Part shown: one piece after another, positions 53,801-64,000 of the stretch
Position numbering within the stretch: the first letter of the stretch is position 1
Layout: each line of letters starts with the position of its first letter
Origin: Ophelia neglecta
Taxonomy: Eukaryota
NCBI GenBank assembly: GCA_965285935.1
Contig: OZ260665.1
Coordinates: forward strand, 72,230,001-72,294,000
Direction of reading: 5' to 3'
Length of the DNA stretch: 64,000 nucleotides
Made by a program: the position numbers and the translations under genes
The notes under the pieces: generated by a model
Told to the model about the DNA's origin: nothing
Database searches by the model: none
What the model saw: only the letters and a program-made list of their open reading frames with translations

Positions 53801-54464
53801 CTTGACACGTATCAGCGCTTTAACTCTGAATATATTAGCCAGCTGTGCCACCGAGGACCGGTTCCATAGGCATATATACATTGTACTGTTATCTTATCTC
53901 CTGTAATACTGGCAACATATTTTTCGACAATTCTCCTCGCGAAGAATCTTGAGCGTTTCTAGGGCAGAATTTCTTTTAATAATAATGTGCGGTACGTAAT
54001 TGTCAAATCTGACTACTCCCCCCTCCCCGCCCGCCCGAATTAAATAAATACAAGAAAGACCCGCTCGCTTTGCTCACTTTTAACAGACAACTAAGATTTC
54101 GGTTAAATCTGGCTCTGTAAGAAAGTTCAGAAATTTTCCAGTAAAATTTGGCAGATGGACTTTCCAGGTCAGTTTGATTAAGCTGAATTAAAATTGGATG
54201 TCTGCCCGGCTATTTTTCGTGTCATTGACCTTCAACACCGCAAAAACGAAATGCCAATAAGAAGCAATTTTATTCAATATCTCAGCTTCTAGCTCATTTT
54301 GAACATTAATTTTGACTTATATCCCAATGTTTTCATGGTCGTGCCAAATAAGGCAATGTTTGTTTTTGTTTAAGCTTAAAAGAACATGTATTTTGAATGT
54401 TTCAATTGTATAATAAGAGTACGCTCACAGCCAACAGATCAAAGGTGGTGGTGGTGGTGGCGGT

Positions 54465-54497
<33 letters not shown>

Positions 54498-54549
54498 AGC
54501 AGCAGCAGCAGCAGTAGTAGTAATAATAGGAGGAGGAGGAGGTGGAGGA

Positions 54550-54590
<41 letters not shown>

Positions 54591-55656
54591 AAATAAGCAT
54601 TGCTATAGTGATCAATATTATTTCGAGTTTAAAGGCGCTTCACAATGAGATATAAGAAAAGAATAAAATAATTGCTTTATTAAAAGAGCAGTCTGAATTA
54701 AAAGATATGACTTATTCAAAACAATTCAATCTCGTTATTTTTTGTATAGATAGGTAAAGAAAGCGACATAGATATGCATAAGCCGAACCGGTCCTTAGTA
54801 GGTTTTTTTGAGGTGAGCTTATCTTTGGTTCAAAATGTGTCCATCTCTCATTTCACACGACCATTTTTCTTTTTAGATCTCTACGACGGTGGCGGTGAAC
54901 GCTGCAGTGTTGCCTCCCCTGCCTCACTCAAGGAAGACCACTGTAGGCCAGAGCGCCACCGTGCGAGGGGAGAGAGGTCACCCGACAGACCAGAGCGCCA
55001 CCTTGCCAGGGGAGAGAGATCAGCCGACAGACCAGAGCGCCACCTTGCCAGGGGAGAGAGTTCACCCGACTGACCAGAGTGCCACCTTGCGAGGGGAGAG
55101 AGGTCACCCGACAGACCAGAGCGCCACCTTGCCAGGGGAGAGAGATCAGCCGACAGACCAGAGCGCCACCTTGCCAGGGGAGAGAGATCAACCGACAGAC
55201 CAGAGCGCCACCTTGCCAGCGGGGAGAAGCCAGCCGCCTGGTCTTATTCAACCTCCGGTTCGTGGCGGAGACTGCACTCTGTGCAGTGACAACCTATGGG
55301 CTATCAATGACAACACAGGTGACAAGGAGGACTGCGAACCCTCAAACAGCACCCTCTCAGTTCTGGGGTCGTCAGTCAACAGAACTACGCTACTAGTCCA
55401 TAATACTGTAAGCACATCAGACGGCGACAAACAAAACAGCATTGCCTCAGGTGTGGCTCTGTATGCCCCTCGACAGAGCCTGTTACCTACCACTTACCTG
55501 GCAGTCGTCGAAAACCCCGCTTCGTCCCACAGTTTTGAGGAGTGTTCGTCGCAGTCGTTACAAAAGAGCCTTACTATCTCTGAGGCTAGTGAACAGACCT
55601 CAAAAGGGCACGGAATGATGGCATACACAACTACAAACTCGGACAGTACGGTGTAG
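44830..55656 (+). CDS. putative uncharacterised single-pass membrane protein with a 14-aa-repeat, Ser/Thr-rich tail; 5' end unresolved
   Basis: Phase-compatible GT-AG exons 44830-44959, 49091-49242 (VVPVSIIGLAMVIAGAIGVIM hydrophobic helix, then DRR), 49610-49655 and 54877-55656 (TAG) splice into one open frame. No recognisable domain. Confidence 0.5.
46360..48995 (-). mobile_element. degenerate LINE (APE endonuclease, RT, C-terminal Cys/His knuckle; RTE-X-like, tentative)
   Basis: RGQSVVDYVF (APE), NYRGVSLLS, QNGFRK, GVRQGDVLSPTLF, FADD and CALC...EDEFHFLCIC, with several frameshifts. 3' AATAAA and (TACA)n tail at ~46360-46382. Confidence 0.9.
50578..52881 (+). mobile_element. 5'-truncated L1/Tx1-clade retrotransposon with A-rich tail and 14-bp TSD
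   Basis: NWRPLAL, DQAGYIKGR, IDYKKAFD, GIRQGCPLSP, QFADD and CKYC...ETIDHFFYFC. One frameshift near 51930. AATAAA at 52840. TSD aacaagctaaatgt at 50564-50577 and 52882-52895. Confidence 0.93.
54443..54590. repeat. compound trinucleotide microsatellite (GGT/GGC/GCA/GTA/GGA/GAT)
   Basis: Directly visible. Confidence 0.95.
54946..55235 (+). repeat. 42-bp coding tandem repeat (about 7 copies; DQSATLPGERDQPT)
   Basis: Unit gaccagagcgccaccttgccaggggagagagatcagccgaca, inside the 54877-55656 exon. Confidence 0.95.
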
Positions 55657-58518
55657 CCAGGCTTTGTTACTTCTACCTCATTTCATCACTTCAACTTAAT
55701 GGTTTTATTTTAGATATACATTTATAATAAAGGGCAAGTTATAAAATGTACAGTTAATATATGAGTCGCGGTTTATCCTGCATAGGTCGAAAAGGAGGAA
55801 GGGTTCTCTACTTCGGGATGAATTAAGTGACTAGTATAAACCGATTTTCCAAAAGAAGCAAGATGTTTCAGAACAGTTTGATATTTATCAACAGGTGGTT
55901 CGCTAAGCGGGTTTATAAACTTTGTTTACATATACCTACAATTTGCAAGTAAAATTCACATGCTCCCAGATAATTCTTTTATATTATTAAACCTTAAAGT
56001 GCCAAAATTACTTTCATGAAGAGGATATAAGATATTGAATAAGCATTTGTTAAAGAAAACAATTTGTATTCGACTTGGCGTAGATGACGAAGGTTCTTTT
56101 AAATTTCTGAGCAATAAATGAATAATTTCTATTTTTTTCATTTTGGGTTTAACGAAGGACTAGATATTAATATGTTTGCATATGTTAAGAAACTATTATA
56201 AGCATATAAAAACGCGCCAAGGCCGATAGCTAGCAGGAGAGCTTAATATTAATATGGTCGAAAGGGGTGATGACAGCATGACACGTGACAAGGGTGCACT
56301 GTCTCGCATGGCTTGCTTCTCATTGCGTAGCTTTTCTCGATGCCTGTGTATATTATAAACTGCCTTTGACACCATGTTGATGAATGCCGTGTGGTCCGTA
56401 AAGCGATCCCTGCAACCAAATGTCAGAATGTCCATTCATGATGTGGGGAGTGGCTGTCCAGTGGAACCACAAGAGTCTGGTCTGGCAGAGCACTCTCAAC
56501 ATGCATTAGGTTAATGTCCAAGGCTGTGCATCGAAATAACAGTGACCATCTGTTTCGGGTTCTTCCGCGCAATGGGGCAAGGTTTTTTGAAACGGGGTTT
56601 GTCTTTAAATTTTCCATTACCACAAACATCTGTGTTTAGTATTATTTCAACAAAGTTACACTAATTTATAATGAATTGGTGTTATCCTTTAAATGTAGTG
56701 ATAAGATAGATAAATAGGCCTATCAACAGATCTGTGTTGCTGTGATAAGCTGTCATATGCCTGTTCACGGCAGAAGCATCTACATCGAAATGCCGAACTG
56801 AGGTGTCAAATCGCCCCAGCAAACAGCTGTTTTTGGTCGCGTTTGTAACTCACGGCATATAGAATCTGCTTCAGTACCACTAGGTTAGTGAGTACGATTC
56901 CATGATCGATGTGATACTTTCCAGGTTTTCTATCTGGAGAGTGAACTTTCTCAGTTTAAAATGCCGCATAGTACTACTGTAAATTAGCCGCTTTCTTAGA
57001 GATGTACATCCCCAGAGATTGGAATCGGGCCCTCCTTATACATTACGCGATTTGTGATATAAACCATCCAATAGCTATTATGTCAAGTTATCTTCCAAAT
57101 CCAAATAGCGCGTAGCGCGCCTGCCTCAAATGCCATCTTGACTCGAAAAGGTAACTTTTCCGATGTAAATGACGGTGGCGGAACAGGCGTGGGCAGAAAT
57201 GTTATTTCCACCCTATACACAACACGAAAAAGACACTATATACTCAGTTTTTACCGACACCAACCTTTTAACACATTGGCGCAAGGACTGGTCATCGTTC
57301 GCATTGCGCTTATTTAAAATTGTTCTGACGAAAGTTGCCGAGCGAGCCTCGGAAATGTACAGTTTAACAAACATGGTGGTTTTCTTGTGGCGAATCAATA
57401 ACCTCTAAGTTTTGATTGTGTGCCACGCAGTATCACAAAACAAAACAAAATTGGGATTTCTGTATTCGCAGCTTGTTCAACCATAGAACTGGGCTTCGTA
57501 CCGGAAATAGCTCCGGTAGCATGCGCATAGCCTTGTTACCGGGAAGTGTTTCCGACCGAATAGGCGGAAATAATGCCTCCAATTAAGCCTGCAGTCAAAA
57601 CGAAGAGGCCGTGCTGCATGTTCTACATCACATATATCGATTGAATATGGCTCACGCAAATCACCTGTATTCAACCACACAATGTGTCTTCTCCTAAACG
57701 TATACTAGCGAAACTCTAAAATATACTCCTATTATATATATTCTTTTTAGAAGAAAACGTAAATATCTCATAAAAATATGTCATTGCAATAAATTGAACA
57801 GCTGGACTCCTTCGCATATTGATGTCATCTGTGTGTGCTTTTCATTCAGTTGGCCTAACACTGAGATACTTCCAATACAGGAAGGAACTTGTTTTGATGT
57901 ACATACGACTTATCAAATATAATCCATGCAATGCAATGTGCCTGTCAATCATGCAATGGCCAAGGACTTCATGGCCATTGCAATGCATATTAAACGTATG
58001 GTTTCTGACATGTATTACCTGTCAGTATTAGATTACTGGGATAGAAACTTAATGGTTGATACTTTCAGCAACACAAAATAATAATAGTTAATAGAGCAAT
58101 GTTTGCTTGATAATTCATTATAATTATTTATTGCCACTTATATTTATAACATGTATTTCAATATTCGCTTTAGCAATCGTGTTTATGAAACCAGTACTTA
58201 CTAAACCAAGTAAATGTATCCACTCGATGAATATTTCAACATCAAGAGTTACCATGGCAATATTACGATATATATGAGAATGGGAAAAGTGGTCGAGGGC
58301 AATGCATTCTTTGTCGGCCACATGGGAAGGAAACATTGGTTTGACATATTTGAGTTTGTCCTTTACACCAATCCTCATCCACATGCAGGGGGAGGAGGGA
58401 GGAGGGAGGAGGGGGGGGGGGTAGATTTTGACTTCGATGTGGTGTTACTCGTCATCCACGTGGACTAAACTCTTTCATACTCATGTCCGAGTGGGGTGGG
58501 ACACTGTGAGGTTGTTTA

Positions 58519-61500
58519 TCAGAGGTCAAGTTCAATGTGCTCTTTGTCGTCCACGTCAAGGGGGGTGACGATGATCCCTCTCGGATTGACCAGTCTAAGG
58601 GAAGCCACAAAACTCTGACGGTCGGGCAGTGTTCTGGGGCCCCACTTCTTTGACGACAACATAGCCTGGAAGTTGAAAGATGAAAATAGACAACATGGCT
58701 GGTCACATTTGAACCTGTGGGTCATTTTTTCCAGATTATTGAACTTGTAGCCGGGTGCTGTGCAGATTTGGATTTTTTGTCTTACCTTTTGACAGTTAAA
58801 TGTATGCTTGCTCAATATACACACTGCTGTGATGGGGAGTGGGAGGAGGATGAGAGCTGAGATCAGGTGGCCGACCACCCTAGCCCATAGGGGCACTCGA
58901 TGACCCAAGAAATCATAGACAGTTGTAAACATCATTTGCTGTACAACCAAAAACACCTGAAAAAGATGTACTAAAGTTCAGTGTAAAACATTCGAGTTCT
59001 GGTAAATCGAACTTCCGCTGAGAAAACTGAAACCGTATAGAGTTTTGAAATCACTGCGCCCCATACCAAGAAGCCGATAGGATTAATTACGCCCCAAAAC
59101 GCCTTCAACACAGTATAAGGCCGACTACCGTACATGAGGGCCATGTCTTCGTATAGCCGAGCAAAGCCTGGAAAACAGTATAAATAGGATGAGGAGGTTT
59201 ATATATTTGTATAAGCACTCTGAGGGGGGAAGAGGTAGGTTGGTAAAATCACATATGGGACGAGGAGGTAGGATCCTATAATCACATCTTTGAGGGGGAG
59301 TTAGACTTGTATAATCAGACATAAGGCGAGGAGGTTGTGTACAATCAGACAGACCATGACTTGATTTGTGTGTAAAATGGGAAGTATGAAAATTCGGTCT
59401 TTTGATTACAAGTAAATTTGTTCAAAAACGTTAATTTTATTTCTGTAAATTCTGTATTCTGTTTATTTAAAAATGTAAGGTTTTTTTATTTACCGTAGAC
59501 CCAGGAGAGAACCAGACATTCCAAGACGATAAAAGCAGAAATCATTCTGTGACTGTAAAAATCCAGAAACGCCACAACGTGAGCTCCCCCCTTGTAAAGT
59601 TAATATAAAACCGATAAGTATACTGTATAGGCCTACGTTTACTTGGAAATTAATTGAACAATTATCCTCTATAATTTGAGACAATTAAGAGTGGTTTAAT
59701 TACATGCATGACGGATATTTGCTATCATTATTTCAGAATATATATAGCGCCAATTCTATGTTCTTTGGCGCTAACGGCTGTACAGTGTACAAAAAAATTA
59801 TACATGCATTACTACATTAATATAATTATAAACGAAGGTGACTAGCATATTTATGCAGTTTCATTGTCTGTTGATAAAAACGACAAATGCAAAATAATAT
59901 CAAAAGTAGATTATATTTTAACCAAATGCCTTTGTTTACAAGTGTGTTTTAATGGTAGATTTTCCCTGGTCTCGACATTGGTTGGAAGGTTACTTCCCAG
60001 TCTGGGAACTATGATTGGGAACCTTCTGTCAACATATGTTTGTCTTCTAGGAGCTGGTTGATGAAGAAGATGGCAGGAGCAGAGGCAGAGACAGAGACAG
60101 AGAGTCCGAGAGTTGAATGAATCTAACTTAGCTGTCACAAATGCATCAATCACAGTTTTGATTGTAACAGAGGTTAGGTAGCTCTAAAGCCTAATGATGA
60201 TCCTTGAATGATATCAACGTACTTGTCATATTCTTCATGTGTGAATCTAGTGACATTTTTCTATCAAATACCAAACGGTGTTTTGAGCTGTCCCTGACTG
60301 TACATTTTGGTAGGTGTCAATAGGGTCACCCGGAGATACTGGATCATGCTAAACAGCAGCCACTTTTCTCCCCTTAATGCCTGATTGCAGTTAGAGAAGA
60401 GTGGTCAGCAATGTCAACAGGTGATTGGCGCTGTGGTCTAGCAGATCTCTCTATTATTCGCACCGACCCAGAATCCTCCCCTGCGGGACCCCCCGATAAG
60501 GGGGTTCGCACATTGTTCTTTAGTCATTCTAACACAGTTCATTGACGACATAGAACTCAAAACTTTGTTGGGGGTTTCAGTTTATTCCAATGTCATGATT
60601 AAGTCGGTTGAGAAGCGCCGGTCCATAGTATCAAATGAAGCGGGAAAGTCGAGAAGGACGAGAAGGACGACACGTGGCCGACTCCTTCAAAACTTCATTA
60701 CTTGGACCATGAGAAGGCCGTCTTGACGCAATGGCCTCCTGTGCATGCAGATTGAAATCGATAATGCAAGAAGTGCTGATTCATGGGTTCAGGGAGCTAA
60801 CGAACCCTTCTTCTTTGCACAAATGTTGGTATTTAGGACAAAGTCCAGAGGGCCAACCTCTCCTTCTTTAGCCTTGACTGTTTCAGAGGAGAAAGTGCCG
60901 TGGCCTCCTCCATGGTATGTGACATTGTGCCAGAGCTATGGCACATGTTGACATTGAATCCAAGTCTGATGGAGATGACTTTATGATGTAAATGTCTCAT
61001 CATTGGTGTTTGGTGTGTAGCAGAACGTCCAGGGGTTGGTTTATTATCATTATTGCCCCATAGATAAACAGATACGGGTTATACAGACTTTATAGTGATA
61101 TGATCAGTAATATTGTTTTGACCTGAAGCCTATGGGTTATTGGTCTACTACAAATGAGGAAGATGCAAAAACACCTTTAACGTGGCGAATATATGACGAA
61201 AGAAAAGAATAAACAAACAGAATACCAAGTAAATTCTATTTTTTAGGTGTAATGCATAAAAGTGCAAAATATAGAGTGGATTTATAAGCTATCAATTTGG
61301 ACAGTTCATTTGGAAAACAACACATACTTGCAGACCTTCTGAACGCATGATTGATAGTGGGAAAGATCCGAATTAAATGTCAACATAGATGATACTACCT
61401 GTGGCAAGAGGCCACTGCAAAAATATAAATTATAATCTGCAGAGATAAATTAACTACGTAAGGGTAATAATATATTTTCAGAGTAGATTGGAGTGGTTGG

Positions 61501-64000
61501 AGTGTTCCCCGGCGTTCCACTGACGATGTGTTACGGCCATTTATCGATTATCGAAAAATGCAATAACGTTCTGACAGTTGTCTACAACAGAAAACTATAG
61601 TATACCGCTAAGCATACTACTCGTATATGGAATGCCAGTTTTCCTCCTGTTCGTCAGTCTCCCTATCGGCCTATTATAATAATTCTTAACTTAAAAAAAT
61701 AAATAAAATAAAAATAGTTAACATAGAACTGACGAGTGTCTAGATGTTAAAATGCAATAAGACCAGACTTACCTTTGTGATCAACAACAGACTACACGAA
61801 CAGAGTAAAAGACATGTTCCTATGGTAACCAGCAGGCGACATACCACACGATAACGCTTCCATACGGATAACTCGTCTACCAGGGATGTCACCACTGTAT
61901 GGACCACGCATATCTTGGTGAAGAAAAGCATACAACTATAATATGTTAAGGCCATCAAAAATGAAGAAATTTGCCTGACGACATTGCTAAAAACGTATTT
62001 CATATGGATTCTTGACACGTTGCTTCGTTACAAATAATGGCGAAATATTTCTTGTGGAAAAGGGCATAAAACGAGATATAATAATGAGATCAAAATCAAT
62101 AGAAAATTACTATCAAAAAGCTATATATGAAGATGTTCAACTTTCGAGATGTAATGGATCCTCAGATAAAATACGATTTTGTTTCATGCCACAGATAACT
62201 AGAAAATAATATTAAACCATCCACAACCTTAATTATTGTGAAGCAAGTGACATGCTACTTGCTTAAAATATTTATCTACAATTTGCACATACATTTCTAC
62301 CGTGATTTAGCCTTTCGAGGAAGAACTCTATCATGGCAACGAACGAATCGAACAGTTTATGAACTAAGAAAAAATAACTTTACCAGGGGGCCAATTGCAA
62401 TCAGCAGGAAGAAAACAAAAGTTAGGGTCATCCACAGGCGAGCAGTTGAAAGGTGTAATATCGCACGAGGAATGGAGACGAACACCAGGAAATAACCTGC
62501 AAACTATCTCTGTCAATTATACCATGTGGTTAATCAGTGTCTTCCTTCGAAGCGTGTAAACATTACTTCTCAAGTTTACACAGGACAGTTATTTACAAAC
62601 TAACGAACCACAGTGGACCAACTCTTGGATGGCGACTCCCTCCGTGAAGGCACCGTGGGCTAACAAGGAGAACACCATGGTCGCAATCACCACAGACCAC
62701 AATAACATCACCACTGGTATCACCAACACGTCCCTAGTGAACACAGTTAACATCATCACTGAAACACGTGCTGGTATTACTCAAATGTTGTTCTGGTCAC
62801 AAATAACCAATTTACTAACAATAAGAAAGTATATGACATGGTAGTTATGAGCTAAGCATAAGCAGTTTTTCATTAGGAAAGTGATTTGACAAATATTGAA
62901 AATTGAAAAAGTAAATGAGCAGGTTTGCTCGGTTATTTCGATAACGCCGCCAATCAATGGATTATAGTAAACTGGTATTAGCATGTGAGTTGCCTTACAC
63001 ATATGATCTATCAGAGAACTTGTTGTAGGATGCCATAGTGGAATGCACACCGAGACCAACTCCAAGGGACAGTAGTGTTGATAGGGCAGCTTGACCCCAT
63101 GTCTTGAAATCATTGGTAAATATTAATTTGACATATTTTCAATCCACAGTATGTATTTCAGATGGCAGGAAGAAAGTGGCGTTACCTGTGCAGATATGAT
63201 GATTCCATTATGTGGAGAGACAAGTCCAGCCCTTATGAATATATATTGAAGTAAGCAAGTCTAACCTTAAACCTTCAATGATCTTTTATAACGCACCCTG
63301 TTAGTAAACGTATTTCTACAAAAACGGGCAATGGTGATCGTTTACTCGTTTTGATTTTAAGTTATTGTGCCCAAAATATATAACTATAAATAGACTTTTT
63401 ACGAGCAATAACTTTTACAATACCACAATTTTTATAGCTTTCCTAATTTAGGTTCAGGCCTTGTGCTTCTTTCGCTAATAAAGTTCATATGCAAAAAGGG
63501 TTAATTAGTGTTTTTTTAAAGTTCCTCACTGATGCCGATATTGTGCGAATTTATAGGCCTTGTCAATATGTGCGAAATGCGATATTATAAAGAAAACGAG
63601 GCTTTACCGGTGTCTTACCTGGACATCCATCAAACTGGAGTATCTTGGGATCAGGAGGTATCCGAGACCGATGCTACTCTCGGGCAGTAGGAGAAACCTT
63701 ACCCACAACACCACCGTCAATATCAACAACAACACATTTCTGATCATCGAGACCTTTGGAAACATGTCATAGTGAAACAAACCTACTGATCTGATGCAGG
63801 GTAAAAAGTACGTACACAGCATTATCAACTGACACTATGAGAACTTTTTGCGTTGCTCAGACACGTAACAATACGTACTTTACCAATGAATCTTGGGCCT
63901 GCAGCCACGATGAGAAGGACGAGGGTCCAGATGCCGGACAGAGAGACAGCGAGAGGCCACTGTAAAGGACCCAAGTCCTCCATGGAAGGAGACTGATGGA
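58519..64000 (-). CDS. SLC6 / sodium:neurotransmitter symporter family transporter, divergent; 5' part beyond the window
   Basis: Minus-strand exons: >64000-63879, 63753-63619 (135 nt), 63102-62999 (104), 62733-62609 (125), 62496-62384 (113), 61913-61773, 59590-59494, 59167-59067 (101), 58956-58786, 58665-58519 (TGA). All phases are compatible, and the 135/104/125/113 series is typical of SLC6 genes. Motifs DLGPLQWPL, WGQAALSTLLSLGVG..MASYNKF, GGAHVVAFLDFY...LECLVLSWVYG, YEDMALMYGSRP and KWGP. Confidence 0.9.
59720..60950 (-). mobile_element. highly degenerate L2-type LINE in an SLC6 intron
   Basis: Minus strand LVLLDFPASFDTMD (~60625-60670), GVPQGRILG (~60465-60495), AFVTAKLDSFNS, LKHT, and a 3' agcgc...gcgctatata tail near 59745-59772. 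Confidence 0.65.

Noticed and set aside
54397-54648. poly-V/A/G/M ORF
   Set aside because: Translation of a compound microsatellite.
61080-61440. Candidate extra SLC6 exons
   Set aside because: They contain stops or lack SLC6 similarity, and the 61773 donor joins 59590 in frame with the expected GG motif.

Overview
AT-rich, intron-containing animal genomic DNA, not prokaryotic. The SINE and Helentron-type repeats suggest a mollusc or other lophotrochozoan (inference). Genes reconstructed from splice sites: (1) the 3' part of a RASGEF1-family Ras guanine-nucleotide exchange factor (+, 4144-11256, with a second possible last exon ending at 12895); (2) two tandem 538-aa paralogues (+, 30616-32380 and 36324-38035), each with a signal peptide, an HxD...H 2OG-Fe(II) dioxygenase domain and a C-terminal RQEL or RDEL ER-retrieval signal; (3) a tentative orphan single-pass membrane protein gene with a 14-aa-repeat tail (+, ~44830-55656); (4) the 3' two-thirds of a divergent SLC6/NSS transporter (-, 58519 to beyond 64000) that keeps the family's exon sizes but lacks several Na+/Cl-/gate residues. 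The rest is mostly mobile DNA: two TTAA-flanked Kolobok-type deletion derivatives, a THAP mini-ORF boxed by inverted repeats, a complete Helentron-type HINE, a young 5'-truncated Tx1/L1 element with TSD, older LINE fragments, two SINE copies, minisatellites (one an array of 12 AP-1 sites) and one assembly gap. The best candidate for an undescribed system is the duplicated ER-luminal 2OG-Fe(II) oxygenase pair. All family assignments come from motif recognition; no database search was run.
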